Positions 12,886 to 27,155 of a stretch of DNA of 64,000 bases are shown one piece after another. How positions within the stretch are numbered: position 1 is the first letter of the stretch; each line of letters starts with the position of its first letter. A model generated the notes under the pieces. That model made no database searches. It saw nothing but the letters and a program-made list of their open reading frames with translations, and was not told the origin of the DNA. The translations under genes and the position numbers were made by a program. The stretch comes from Octopus sinensis (taxonomy: Eukaryota). The DNA lies in contig NC_043014.1 of NCBI RefSeq assembly GCF_006345805.1, positions 27,218,001-27,282,000 of the forward strand. Direction: 5' to 3'.

Positions 12886-13025
12886 GACGGACTTCGTTCA
12901 GGTTCCGTCTACCAAATCCTCTTACAAGGCTTTGGTCGACTCGAGGCTATAGTAAAAGAGACGTGCCGAAGGTACCACGCAGTGACACTGAACCTTGAAC
13001 CATGTGGCTGGGAAACAATCTTCTT
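12886..13025 (-). mobile_element. CORE-type SINE fragment
   Basis: Matches the head and body of the SINE at 37556-37957. Confidence 0.7.
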
Positions 13026-13071
13026 GTGTGTATGTGTGTGTGTGTGTATGTGTGTGTGTGTGTGTGTGCGT

Positions 13072-13104
<33 letters not shown>

Positions 13105-13500
13105 CGTGTGTGTGTGTTATAGTAGAAAAGAAAACGCAAAGTTTGGCAAAACTTGATAAGGACACGCCTATTTGAGCACTCAGAGGACATACTTAAAATA
13201 TATGATAAATTATGTAAAGTTATATATTAAAAAAATACTTTATAAATGTATATGAAAAATTATTGAAAAAGCACAAGTTTATAACACAAACACAAGTTTT
13301 GTCTGTTCTGGTAAAGCATCAACTGCACTTGGAACATCTATGCAGAGGTTCCAAACCATCACAACGGTGAAATGTGCTCTGCATATCATAACTAGTAATA
13401 CTACAAAGTATAGTAGCAGTCAAGCCACAAAACTTGGAAACGGACTGAATGATGATAATCTATGTGGAGTTCTAAACTCAAAGTAGCAGTCGTTTATATA

Positions 13501-13552
<52 letters not shown>

Positions 13553-13637
13553 ATATATATAGTAATAAGAAGAACTTTTGGATGGAAATTTATAAATCCT
13601 TTAAACAAATAGCAGAAGAGCTTTTTATGGGTGCACT

Positions 13638-13693
<56 letters not shown>

Positions 13694-13734
13694 GAGAGAG
13701 GGGGGGAGAGAGAGAGAGAGAGAAAGAAAGAAAT

Positions 13735-13848
<114 letters not shown>

Positions 13849-13947
13849 TCGGAGAAAGTTCGGTACATGGGATATGTTTCTATATAAGTATATCACAAAA
13901 GGTAAAAAGATAGAGATGAAAATATAAACAAAATGTTAAAAACTCAC

Positions 13948-14068
13948 AAATTTAAAGTCTTGTAGGCAGCTTCGATGTAACGTAGCCCATTGAGTCCTCT
14001 GAGGGTTGCCTGAGAGAAAGGTAATATCAGTGACGCATGCGTTTTGTTTCCATCATCAGTTGGCGAGC
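13948..14068 (-). CDS. Peroxidase-like protein, coding exon 2
   Basis: cccag acceptor, GTGAGT donor, 121 nt, phase 1 to 2. Open frame SSPTDDGNKTHASLILPFSQATLRGLNGLRYIEAAYKTLN links both neighbours in frame. Confidence 0.75.
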
Positions 14069-14190
14069 CTGGGAATTCGATAGAAATAATAACTTAATGA
14101 TAAAGTTGACAGTGATGGCGACGGCAGTAGTGTAATCTCAGCATACAAACATTCAGTATATACACACATACATAGATATAATGTGTGTGT

Positions 14191-14230
<40 letters not shown>

Positions 14231-14434
14231 TTTCATAAGTGTTTTAGTGGAACAGTATCGTCGCATAGTTAATAAGTTCCCTTTGCAACCAAAATACACT
14301 AGTTCCAACCCGCCAAGTGGCATCTTGGGCAAACTCGTGTTGAGTGAAATTCAGTTGCTTGCTCGAAGATTTTCAACTTACTGTGTTAACCATGTGAACT
14401 TCGCCATAAATAAAATACATATATAATTACACGT

Positions 14435-14580
14435 ACACATACACACACACTAACACACATATAGTTATTTATTAATTTTGTGTGCTTGTATACATGCATC
14501 TACATACATATACACACGCGTGCAAATATATACATATATTATATATATATATACATATATATATACATATATACATATGC

Positions 14581-14649
<69 letters not shown>

Positions 14650-14697
14650 TATATATACACATACGTATACATATATATATATGTATATGTATATATA

Positions 14698-14745
<48 letters not shown>

Positions 14746-14842
14746 GCATATACATATACATATACATATATATATATACATATACATATATACATATATA
14801 TATACATATACATATATATACATATATATATACATATACATA

Positions 14843-14876
<34 letters not shown>

Positions 14877-15171
14877 CATATGTATACAATATATTATATG
14901 TATAAATATACATATATATACACATATATATACATATATATACATATATTCATATATATACATATATATAATATATATATTATATATATATATATATACA
15001 TATATAAATATATATACATATATATATGTGTATATACATATATATATACATATATGTATATATACATATATATATATACATATATGTATATACATATATA
15101 TATACACACATATATATATAAATACATATATATATACATAAATATATATATACATATATATATGTATACAC

Positions 15172-15202
<31 letters not shown>

Positions 15203-15314
15203 CATATATATAATATATATATACATATATATACACATATATATGCACATATATATATATACACATATATATACATATATATATACACATATATATGCAC
15301 ATATATATATACAC

Positions 15315-15373
<59 letters not shown>

Positions 15374-15480
15374 ATATATATACATATATATACACATATA
15401 GATATACATACATAATACATATATATAGATATACACATATCCATACATACATACAGACAGACAGACAGACAGACAGACAT
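14435..15480. repeat. ~1-kb compound (TA)n/(TACA)n microsatellite in an intron
   Basis: Direct reading. It is the source of the many IY-rich spurious ORFs. Confidence 0.95.
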
Positions 15481-15494
15481 GTTAATTTTCTTAC

Positions 15495-15618
15495 TTGATG
15501 CGTTTTTTACAAATCCCTTTGCAATTTCAACTATATTAGGTGGAAATTTTTCGTTCTTTTGCCCCATAGCAAGGTATAAGAAACACGCAAGAAGAAAGAT
15601 TGAAATTCGACGAAACAT
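15495..15618 (-). CDS. Peroxidase-like protein, coding exon 1 (signal peptide)
   Basis: [41 protein letters not shown]: basic N-terminus, hydrophobic core, probable cleavage after AMG. Donor GTAAG, phase 1. Confidence 0.8.
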
Positions 15619-15793
15619 CTTTGGTGAATATCGAGAACAATTGAACTGAAATAGAGCAGAAAAGAGAAATCACAATAGATGACAATCACCCACAGCCACA
15701 AAAAGCAGCAACAAAAGAAAATGGTCGCGGGTTAATAAAGGAGCCACTACGCCATCGCTCGACCGCAGCCTAATAAGAAAAACAAGTAATATA

Positions 15794-16016
15794 CAAGGTT
15801 GGCCAAAAGTTACTTGATTTTTTTCCAAAATTAAAACAAAAAAAATATATTATATGAGATTTCGCTAATAAATAGGCAAATGTTGAAAAAACAGGGTGAT
15901 TTTAACTCACAGCATTCAATTATTAAACATTCATAATTGGAATGAATGAATAAAATTGAATATTAAGTAATCGTGGAATTTTTTATTTACTGTCGGGTGA
16001 CTTTTGGCCAAACATA
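15794..16016. mobile_element. Tc1/mariner-type MITE (~220 bp)
   Basis: TIRs caaggttggccaaaagttac and gtgacttttggccaaacata, with TA flanks. Confidence 0.65.
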
Positions 16017-17154
16017 TATATATATATATATATATCGAGATGGCAATTTTTTTGCCAAATGATCACACACGCACTATATATTCGTTTTTCACTTCAGATT
16101 TATTATTGTTCTTATTTTAAGTCCTTTGCCTGGAAATCTCTCGTCACACTCTCTGTGACCTCGTCAGTGACTCTCCATCGCACATGCCTCCTCTGTGTTC
16201 ATTCTGTGTTTATTTGGCAAAAATGAAATGATCATCCCGAAATATAACAATATCTGTTTCAACACTCGATTTCACCTCTGGAATCTTGAAAACAAGAATA
16301 CGTTCTCAATTTCAGTACAAATAAAGTTTGTCCTCAATGGGATTCGAACTCATATCATAAAGTATATAACTAAAATCCACATGATATTTAGTATCATCTA
16401 CACATTAAATGATGATGATATAATGAAATTCTGTTTTTGTCGGCAACAAAATTATGGAATAGTTTTGTAATTGACCCAGTTACCAAGGAGTACATTTTAA
16501 AGATAGAAAATTATTAAGTATTTCTGAAGTATCATCCTCATGATAAAAGGTATTTTAAATAATTTTTCATTATTTAGGATAATTATAATAGGTTTCTTAT
16601 TATTTAGAATAATAAATAGGTTTATAATTAAAAGTATTAAGAGTATCAGACTGGCAGAGAATCTCGTAAATATTTCTTCTGGTGCTTTACGTTCTGAGTT
16701 AAAATCACTGAAGTCAAATTTGCCTTTCATCCTTCTGGGGTTCATAAAGCAGCAGTCAAGTATTGAAGTCGGTGTAAAACGACGACGACGACTCCTCATT
16801 TCCTTAAAATTTTCTGACCTTTTGCGTAAATTAGAAACAATTATTAAAAGTAACAATGGCGCGGATTTGGAGAGTGACGGACTAAATAACTTGTGGTATT
16901 GATCCTGGTTCTTCATGCTTTGAATTTCAATTCTATCGGGATCAACTTTATGCTCTGTTTCTTTTTTTTTTTCCGGGTTGATAAAATATAATATTAGAAA
17001 AGAACGGGGTAAATAGAATTGATCTTTTCAAAATTTTCTGGTTTTGTACTAATATAAGAAATTATTTATTAAATAATCATTTATTTAAATTATTTACAAC
17101 GTTATAGAAAATAATAATAATAATAACAATAATAATAATAATAATAATAATAAC

Positions 17155-17207
<53 letters not shown>

Positions 17208-17476
17208 TGATGTTGATGATGATGATGATGATGATGACGATGATGATGATAATAATAATAAATAGATTATTGTTTAAAATGTGTAGAATGTAACGAAATA
17301 ATCTAGTTTAAAAAAAACAAAAAAAACATGAAATGATTTTCTAAATCTTTAGATTTCAATCTTCTAATTTCAGTTTCTATTCATTATTAATTCGATTTCA
17401 GTCGGGTATAGTCTGATTAATGCTATCAGAGAGAGAAAGAAAGAGAGAGAGAAAAAATGGTGAGATAAGTACTTAC

Positions 17477-17536
17477 AAAATGTGCTCTGTATAAATGTCT
17501 ACAAGTTTACAAATCAGACTTGCAGAAGTTTGTGAT
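17477..17536 (-). other. Non-coding exon 1 (5' UTR) of the peroxidase-like gene
   Basis: Lies between the predicted TSS and a GTAAGT donor at 17476-17471. The ATG exon starts after an acceptor (tctgctctatttcag) at 15645, which implies an upstream exon. Confidence 0.6.
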
Positions 17537-17566
17537 GAAGGATGAGCTTTTTCCTACGTATTTATA
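17536..17566 (-). promoter_or_regulatory. Core promoter of the peroxidase-like gene: TATA box plus initiator
   Basis: Minus-strand TATAAATA at 17566-17559. An Inr-like TCA has its A at 17536, 30 nt downstream of the first T. A GTAAGT donor follows about 60 nt later. Confidence 0.65.
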
Positions 17567-19007
17567 AGAATTCCATCACATTTTGGAAAATGTGAGCACC
17601 TCTATTTGATTTATTTATTTATTCATTTTACCTGTTAACTACCCCCCCCCCCATAATATTATTTTATACTATTAAGAATAAATGAATCATCATCATTATT
17701 AAAAGAGGAAAAGCGTATGATTATCTTGCAATCATTTTGTGTCACGTGAAATGCTGTGATATTGAGACATCGTGCAAGAAATGTTTTCCTGTTTCTTAAT
17801 ATTCTAAAAACTCACGTGACACGTACGTGCTCACGAGTGTAACCACTATTAATTCCCACCCCACCATTGCCCTCGTAAATTCTCCGGTTGGGCAGGGCTT
17901 AATTTGAATATGCTTATTGTAGGAAGTTAGAATCAATGCCATTTTGAAACATTTTCTTTCGTAAAAAAATAATAAAAATAATAAATGTGCATTTTATAGA
18001 TAATCTCTGGGAAACTATTCTTTTATTCTCTTTTGTAATCTTAAATCCAGTTACTTTAAATACTTTCCACATTGTTTCTAAAAGTCTATTTTTATCTTCA
18101 GCGCTTGTACAGCCACGATTCTTATAGAATGTATTGTAATTAAAATGTTATTGACAAAATCGTGAGAACATCGGACACAAATGTTTTACGATGATTAGCT
18201 GTGGTTCTACTATGGCTAAGTTGTGGTTGCATTGACATTACTTTTATTGGAGTTGGTAAAATAAAGCTCTAATCAAAGTACTAGATCCATATTTCCAATA
18301 AAGGTCTTGTGCCTTTATTTGAAATTATTATTATTTTGGAAGAATCAGTATAACGTTGGATAAAATGACTTGTCCTATTTGTTCCAGTTCTCTACGTCCT
18401 GAGTTCAAATCCCGCAAACGTCAACGTTTGCCTTTCACCGTTTAGGCGTCGTTAAAATAGAGTACCTCTCAAGTACTGGGGTTGATTTAATCAACTAATC
18501 CCTTCTTCTAAGATTTCTGGTCCTCTTTCCTTCATCACTTTCTTTCACTCTTTCTTCTCTATCACAGTTGTTATTGCTATACTTTACCTTCCTGGTGTAT
18601 CAAATACAGAGTATCATAATGGCACGTCTCTCTTCACAAAACAAAGTAAATTCATTCATTCATCTATTCATCCATTTATTATTTATTATAACTGGGTATG
18701 TGTGTACAGTTAAGAAGTTCACCTATCAAACACATTATTTAAGAACTTTGATTCCGCTGCGCGGCACTTCGGGTAGACGTCTTCTACCATTACCTCGGTT
18801 AAAGCTAATACATTTGGTAGGAGGAAACTGTACTAAAGTCCGCCGCGTGCGCATGCACGTGTGTGACGGGGATTGGTGATGCAACGAAGGTAAACAGAAC
18901 TCAATATGCCAAACCAGAGCATATATACTTTTGAGTGACTCAATAAAGAGATTTTCGTACGTTGTACCGCATGAAACACACATATACCTACACATAAGCA
19001 CATACAC

Positions 19008-19130
<123 letters not shown>

Positions 19131-19837
19131 CAATGTTTCTTTATTAGCCACACTGAACTGAACACAGAGGAGACAAAATACAAAGTTGAACTTTTCTTTT
19201 TGGGAAGAAAGAGAAAGAAAAGAAAAAGAAAAAGGGGTAGTTTTCGATCAAAAGGGATCGTAAAAAGAGAGAAATAAAAACAATCAATAGGGATCGTGTC
19301 ACAGAAATGTCAAGATGTAAAGTGTAAAGGGGGAAGCAGATAAGGTTTATCCGTGGAAAGAAAAGCCTACGGAAAGGACCACGGTGACCTCGGTCAATAA
19401 TGTCACATGTTAACACATTTATTTGCAAGTAAGTAACTCTTTGTTTTAAATTTTTCCGGGTTCATAGGATTATGCTCAAGGTGGCTTCGTCATTCATACG
19501 TTCCATCCTTGCTACATTCACCCAGATACACACTTTCAAACAAATACACTCACATATGCGTGTGAGTTTGTGTGTGTGCTTGTGTACACAGTACACCTTT
19601 TAACTTAATGGGCACAATGTAGCTACTGGATAAAATTAAAAGGATAGAATAAAAGCCGGGCTAGGTACCGATGTCATTTACGTTTTACTTAAACCCTCTT
19701 GAATGCGGTAGTTGAATGGCTGCCACTCTAACAACAGAAGCCATTACATAAAATTTCCTTTTATGCAGGTACACTATATTTTGTTGTTGTTTTTTTTTTG
19801 TTTGTTTTTTTTTTGTTGTTGTTGTTGTTGTTGTTGT

Positions 19838-19901
<64 letters not shown>

Positions 19902-20777
19902 AATGATGATGATGATGATGATTTATTTGTTCAATTACATTTCGTTTCGTTGAAACAAAATAAACGACTGTGTCTCTCATCGTTTTTGTGATACCCCTTA
20001 GGAGAGTATAGCAGGTAAGTGGAGGAAGGTGGTTACGGGAGCAGAAGATAACTGGTAGATGGAGAAATGTGGGTGAGGGAGTAGGAGATAACGCGTAAGT
20101 AGAAGGGGAGGATGGTTTGGCTGTTATTTAATGCAGGACGAGCGGCTACGTGCATAAAAGCATCTCCGTTCGCTCTTTACTAGAGTTATCTCAGTCCTTT
20201 TAAGGACCAAAGAGTGGCAGTACAACCCTTTAGCCCAGTGGTTCTCAACCCGGGTCTATGTGACCCTTGGTGAAGTCCGTATAAGATTTTGTCGTTAAAA
20301 TTTATCTGCAATAAATTGGTTATATTTCTCCGGTAGACAAAATATTTTAACCATTTTTTATTGATGCATTAATCACGAGACTAATGTATAATTCGACTAT
20401 TTCAGGAATAAGGTTATCGAGTAATGCTAGTCGCCTGAACGCCTTAGTTTCGTGGGAAAAAAGATCACTCGCAATATCGGTTGTCTATGCACGTGTGCAT
20501 GGAAACAAAAGTAAAGGCAAACAATTGATATACTGTTCATATAGAATTTATAATTTCGCAAGTCCCGAAAACAGACAAAAAAGAAGAAAATGAAAATTTG
20601 AATAGGCAGACGTCCAGTCGTCATAATTGTTATTGTTGGGCATTACAGAAGTGATCTTACTCTTTGTTTTCATTTTCTCTTCATGTATAATGCATTTAGA
20701 ATATATCTTGCCTCTTTTTTTAAAGACAGTACGGTGTGCAAAAACCTTTCGCGCGTACGCTTTCAAATCCTACACTA

Positions 20778-21172
20778 CTCTTTACTCTTTTTACTCTTTT
20801 ACTTGTTTCAGTCATTTGACTGCGGCCATGCTGGAGCACCGCCTTTAATCGAGCAACTCGACCCCGGGACTTATTCTTTTGTAAGCCTAGTACTTATTCT
20901 ATCGTTCTCTTTTGCCGAACCGCTAAGTAACGGGGACATAAACACACCAGCATCGGTTGTCAAGCAATGCTAGGGGGACAAACACAAACACACACACGCA
21001 TATATATATATACATATATACGACGGGTTTCTTTCAGTTTCCGTCTACCAAATCCACTCACAAGGCTGTGGTCAGCCTGAGGCTATAGTAGAAGACACTT
21101 GCCCAAGGTGCCACGCAGTGGGACTGAACCTGGAACCATGTGGTTGGTAAACAAGCTACTTACCACACAGCC
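20778..21172 (-). mobile_element. tRNA-derived CORE-type SINE, near full length
   Basis: Reverse-complement match to 37556-37957. ggctgtgtggtaag head, ccttgggcaagt core, internal TA/TG tract, gagtaaaa tail repeats. Confidence 0.9.
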
Positions 21173-21489
21173 AACCAAAGGTTGTCGAAAAGTTTGAATC
21201 AATCTGTGCTTCTTTATCATAAAGACGATTTTATCTTTTCTTTCTCCAAATCTGGATATAGAGTGTTATAAATGTATATTCATATTATCTGAAACTGTTT
21301 TATTTCGTAATAATTCTGATCCTTCAGTATCATAGTAAAAACAACGCCAACACGACCACTACAAGCAATGTCAATATGTGTATATGCATATACTTATGCA
21401 TACACACATATGGGACTGTTGACAGGACACTCTCATACATAGATATGCGCGTTAACTGCTACACATAAATATGCACACATACAGGTCGC

Positions 21490-21709
21490 CGTTTTAACAC
21501 CGTTGTCGAGATCAAAAGCGAATCGCAGAAGTTTTCGACTCGTTTACGAGAAACGACCTCCAAGCCGAATTTCCAAAGTGGCAGGAACGCTAGGACTGGT
21601 GTATTGTTGCGCAAGGTGACTATTTCGAAGAAGATGCTATTAAAACTTAGATATAAGTTATATTTTATTAAACATAACTAGTCCGGAAACTGTTTGATAC
21701 CACCTCGTA
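21490..21709 (+). mobile_element. Mariner 3' fragment
   Basis: Encodes CIVAQGDYFE, typical of a mariner C-terminus, and is followed by a TIR-like end gataccacctcgTA. Confidence 0.7.
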
Positions 21710-22789
21710 TTTTAATTAGTAGCATTATAAAAACACAAGCAAATAGCTATCTTCCTCTTTTGATAATTCGGCGCCAACCAGGATCATTTAACCGGTCTCT
21801 AATTAAAAAAATAATGCGCGAGGATAGACTTATCACTCTCTCTAATTATAAAGAAACTATTACTCTGTCTTGCAGCAGAGATGAAGCTAACTACTACACA
21901 GGATAAATCATGGAAACGGAATATATTTTACTACATCTGCAAACAATGTGTATATACACACAACACGATGACATATTTCTTATAAATTGTAACGATTGAT
22001 ATTATAGTTTGCTTAACAAACATATAAATAAATGAGCAACTATTGTTTTTTCAATCATTTCTCCTTTGCATTATGATATTAAAACTTCACCGTCGTTACA
22101 TATACATATACACACATAAACATACATACATATATACATTTATTCTTTTACTTGTTTCAGTCATTTGACTGTGTCCATGCTGGAGCAGCGCCCTAATGTA
22201 TGTGTGTGTGTGTGTGTGTGTGTGTTTGGTACATAAAGAATAAACTTATCGCAAGGTTTTTTTATTTATATTGACAGATTAGTTATAAGCTTATAACTAG
22301 TGAATAACGGGCTTTAAAAGTAACATCTTTAGTAAATTTTATCAATATAATATCTTTTTTACGGTTCATCAGTTCTTTTCGAACGTATGAATACAGAAAA
22401 ATCTATATATAAGAACATAAATTTATATAAGTTTATTTTCCTCTGAAAAAAAGCGCAACTTTTTATTAAATTATTTAAAATTATTTTATGTACACATTAG
22501 TACAAATAACAAAAGAACAATGATTATAGTAGAAACTAATATCATTTAGTGTCGGCGTCGTGAGGGTTAAGGATATTTTTCTGGATAAATTTTTGTATAA
22601 ATGCCCAATAATGGGGTTTATTTGAAAATATGTTTAGAAAATTAATCCCAGTTTGATATGCAAGGGAGGGAAGATGATTTTTTCTTTCAGAACTAGCGCT
22701 GCTCTAATAACGTTCTTTTCACTGACCTTCAACTCTCGGAGTGGCCAGTCTTTCCTTTTCCAGTGCTCCTCTTTTGCTCTACTGTCCCA

Positions 22790-23570
22790 CATACACAATC
22801 TCCATTCATCAGGATCGTTTTTGTGGACGCCTAGTCGAAGAAGAACGCTCTCAACGTCATTACAATGAATAAGATTTGTGTTCTCATTAAAGAATGGTAC
22901 AAATTCGGCATCCTTATTTCAATAGAATGTTACCTTTGTGCCTTTTGCTAACAGATTTTTTTCATTGAGCCTAGAGGCCAAAAGTTCTGCTGATTCTTTG
23001 CTTAGATTTAAGTCTCGAATCAAATCATTCAGCTCATTTTGGTTAAATGGCTCTGGAACGTTTTCGAGAACATAGTCAGGATTGTTTTCGTTGTGTATCT
23101 CGTTTACATCAGTATCAGATTCGTCATTTTCAACAAGTTTCAACAAATTTTCGTGAAAGACTGGGATTGGCAAATCATCTGAATGCGGCACTGGTCGAAT
23201 AGCGGAATGAAAACTGGGATAGTCGATAGCTCTGCCTTTCTTTTGGTTCAGTCCCGCAACACTGACTGAGCAGAAGTAACATTTGTCAGAGTGGTTCTTT
23301 GGCTCACGCCACATCATAGGAATAGCGAATCTCAGCGATTTTCGGATACCTGAAGTCCACTGCCTCATGTGTTCCAAACATGTTTTGCAAATAATGTGAG
23401 GGGCCCATGATTTGTCCTGATCACCAAACCCGACATGAAAGTAAGCACGATAGGCTTTCTTGTAAAAGTCAGATATCGGTTTCCTGTTGGCTTTCTGTGT
23501 GAACTCGGCGCATGTACAGCAAAATTTTTGCATCCTCTCGTTGAAGCCATGTCATGTGATATCTATCTCT
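22790..23570 (-). mobile_element. Truncated transposase-like ORF of a DNA transposon
   Basis: Cys-rich N-terminus GDQDKSWAPHIICKTC...WREPKNHSDKCYFC and LNDLIRDLNLSKESAELLASRL, then a stop and a degraded DPDEWRL. I recognise it as a widespread repeat-derived protein type but cannot assign the superfamily. Confidence 0.7.
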
Positions 23571-24404
23571 ATGATTAAAAAAAGAACATGAGTTGGTTTG
23601 CGTGTTCACATTTAGGTACGTTGATCTTTGCTAATGTCCTAAGGTAAGACTTGCAAAACTGTCAAAAACAAAAGACGGAAAGAGTCGTTATGCTGATTCT
23701 GCTTTGTATCTTCGTAATCCCGCATGGAGTGCAGATGTCATGGTGAAACCATTTTCATGATGTTTATCATGTCCAATGGAATAGGTGCATTCAATTGGGA
23801 CATATTTAGTTGGAGTTTTTTCCAACTGTGAAAACAAAAGCTCTTAATGTGCTTGGTTTCCTTCCGTATTGAAGGGATAAAGGTGATAGGATAAATTTAT
23901 GAATATCAAACAGAGGATATTAGGGTTTCGTTTTTTTAAATGTCATCTCAATTATCAGGTTTACTAAAGTGTATTACTGATAAAGTTTATCAGTTAATTT
24001 GAATTTTGGCAATGAATTGGAAAATTTCGGTACTTCTGTTTTAAAAGTTTTGACTCAAGAACACTTTTTCTCTTATAAAAAATAGTTTATTTTAGGTGGC
24101 TGACATAAATTGCTCGGCCTACCTGAAAATTCATGGTATGATGCATGCGTTTAAAGTAGTTCACAAGTCTATTAATGAGGTATATATCCGGAGAGTGAGA
24201 GGCAAAGAATACAAAAAATCAAATACAAAGAATAAATGGGATGGACAGATTCTCATGAATCGCAGGTGAATAATTAACAAATAACAACAGAAAGACTGTG
24301 GCCTACACACTGCAAATGTGTTCAGGCGTATTTTTTTTATCGATGAACAGAATTATTACATCATGCGAAAAAAACCATTTTCATCAGGTGAATGTAGGCA
24401 TGTG

Positions 24405-24451
<47 letters not shown>

Positions 24452-24685
24452 TATAAATATATGCATATATAGATACACATACGTACATACCTACATATAT
24501 ATGTATATATACATGCATATATGGGTACAGGACAGAAAAAAAACGTTTAAAACAATGAGAAACGAAAACAAAAACAAAACACAGAAACGAACTTTTTTTA
24601 AACAACGAAAAAAACAGAGAAACAAGAATAGAACATAAGGAATATTCCCCTTCTTCAGTTGTCCCTGTTTCAACACACTCCGCGT

Positions 24686-25026
24686 TTTGAAGGTTAGGAC
24701 AAGACGCGACTCCGTTGAAACAATCCTTCCCGTAAAGCAAATAAACTAAAATTTGGGATTTTTTGCGGAGAGTGAAAGTGGTAACAAAAACAGGATAGTG
24801 AAATTCCATCGTCTTGGCTTAACAGCCCTCATCGATTGTTTTTACTGTTTTGTTCTCATTGTTCTGTCTTTTACTGTTTTTACTTTTTTATTATTTTTAC
24901 TGTTTTGTTCTCACTGTCCTGCTCTTATTACTATTTTCACCGTCCGCAAAAAATCCCAAATTTTATTTAATTTGCTTTGTGGGAAGGACTGTTTCAACGA
25001 AGTCACGTCTTGTCCTTACCTTCGAA
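24686..25026. repeat. Foldback with ~115-bp arms inside a probable Penelope-type terminal fragment (about 24520-25026)
   Basis: 24686-24802 is the reverse complement of 24910-25026. Confidence 0.75.
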
Positions 25027-25296
25027 TTCTTCAACTGATACGGCAACATTTTCTTCTAGTAATGCTTCAAGGTGTTTATCATCAAACTCAACTTGGACGT
25101 CCTGTTCGATCTTCATCTTCAAGGCTGAAATCTTCACCTCTGAATTTTGCAAACTATCTTCTGCAAGTTCTTTCCTTCAAGCAAGCATTCTTTCCCATAA
25201 ACTGAGTGTATGTTCCGAGTCGCTTCGGCTGCAGAATTTCCTTTTTTAGTACTCATAAAGCATTATGTGCCTAAAATGCTCTTTGGATACTTCCAT
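25026..25296 (-). mobile_element. Mariner transposase 5' fragment (HTH domain), pseudogenised
   Basis: MEVSKEHFRHIMLYEY*KGNSAAEATRNIHSVYG...FAKFRGEDFSLEDEDRTGRP. Confidence 0.85.
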
Positions 25297-25397
25297 GTTA
25301 GAAAGGGTTTTAATCAAAGAAATTTTAATTCTATTTTAATTCAGACATATACACAATTCGCACGCACATTAACACGTGACCCAAGATGTGTGTATGT

Positions 25398-25454
<57 letters not shown>

Positions 25455-25789
25455 TGTGTGTGTGTGTTTACATAAAATAATATATATTTTTTTATAGTAA
25501 TTTAAATGAATACGCCCTGAACAATCTGTGACCTTTGCGCTGGGTTTTCTCATCATTTTTCTAACACGTTTCACTGCTTGTTTTCTCTCTACTTTGTCCT
25601 TATGTGTCTGCCTGAGTGACCATATCACGTGATCAATCATTCAGTCGTAAACATACATACACCTACATACACACGCACGAAAGTGTGTTTATGTGTGTGT
25701 GTATGTGTCTGTGTCTGTGTCTCTGTGTCTCTGTGTCTGTTTCCATATATGTAATAAATATGTATGTATATGACTGTCACTCATACAGT

Positions 25790-26765
25790 GGATGATATGC
25801 AAATACTTATGAATCGTATTTCTGCTTCTTTCAAGGCATTTAGACTCAGCATTAACCTGGACAACACTGTTGTAATGTTCTAACCTGCACCAGGAAATCC
25901 ATATGTGGAACCAGCTATCTTGGTTAAAGGAACAATGCTGAAAGTGGTAGACGATTTTGTCTACCTGAGCAGCACACTCAGCCGTTCTTGCTCTCTGGAT
26001 GATGAAATATCTTTCAGAATGCAGAGAGTAACTGATTTCTTCTGGTCTCTTGAGTCTCGTGTAGGGTCCCAGCATGGCATCACAGGGCAAACAAAAATTG
26101 CTGTATACCATGCATGTGTACTGACATCGCTCCTTTTCTCATGTGAGACATGGACCCTTTACAAAAGTCATATAAGGGTTTTTGAACGCTTTCATCAGAG
26201 ATGTCTGATACACATTCTAATTGTTGGCTGGACCTTAAAAACTCCAGACTCACAGGTCCTAAGGAAAGCTGATATCTTGAGTATTGAGGTGATGGTGCAC
26301 AAGCACCGGTTGCGTTGGACTGGACACCTTATTAGAATGAAGGACTCTTAGACATGTGCTATATGGGGAACTTGTTAGTGGAAAGAGACCTTGGCAGAAA
26401 CCAAGGCTACGATTTAAGGACTGTGTCAAGTCTTCATTGAAGGCATGTGATATGCAGGAGACTGACTGGGAAAGCAATACTTGTCATCACCAGAGATGGG
26501 GGATGCAGGTTAGGAGGGGGTCGACACCTTTGAGAGAGCACGTATTCTGCATGAAGAATTTAAGCATGCTGCTCGAAAGCCCACTACTAGTGTAGTGAAT
26601 GGGGAAAGCTTGGTTTGTAATGTTTGCAGTCGTGTATGTTTGTCAAGATCAGAGCTTACTGGCCGCCAGCAGAGCCGTAAATGAAAAAATATAAGTTAGT
26701 CCTAGAGTGCACAATGTTTCTAAAGGTCAGCAATGGTCTTCCTCGGTCACGAGTGGACGGCCATC
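25790..26765 (+). mobile_element. RTE-clade LINE, 5'-truncated
   Basis: VDDFVYLSS...TKIAVYHACVLTSLLFSCETW...FHQRCL...RLRWTGHLIRM and LYGEL..GKR..KPRLRFKD, followed by a (TATG)n tail. Confidence 0.9.
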
Positions 26766-27102
26766 ATGTTTATATGTATGTATGTAAGTATGTATGTATG
26801 CATGTATGTATGCATGTATGTATGTATGTATGCATGTATGTATGTATGTATGTATGTATGTATGTATGTATGTATGTATGTATATATGTATGTATACACG
26901 CACATATATATCTAAATCTACTCTTAAAAACACTAGACAGGAACAGGCTAAAATGTCCACACTGGACAAAATATACGTTTAAACGATTTAAATAGACATA
27001 ACTTACATCTATAGTAATTATACTAGTTAAAATAATTATTGTGATAATTATTGATATTTATGTAAAGTGAACATAATGATAATGATGACGATGATGATTA
27101 TC

Positions 27103-27155
<53 letters not shown>

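Noticed and set aside
14465-15498. Long IY/YM-rich ORFs of up to 326 aa
   Set aside because: Translations of the (TA)n/(TACA)n microsatellite. Only 15495-15618 of the 14980-15618 ORF is a real exon.
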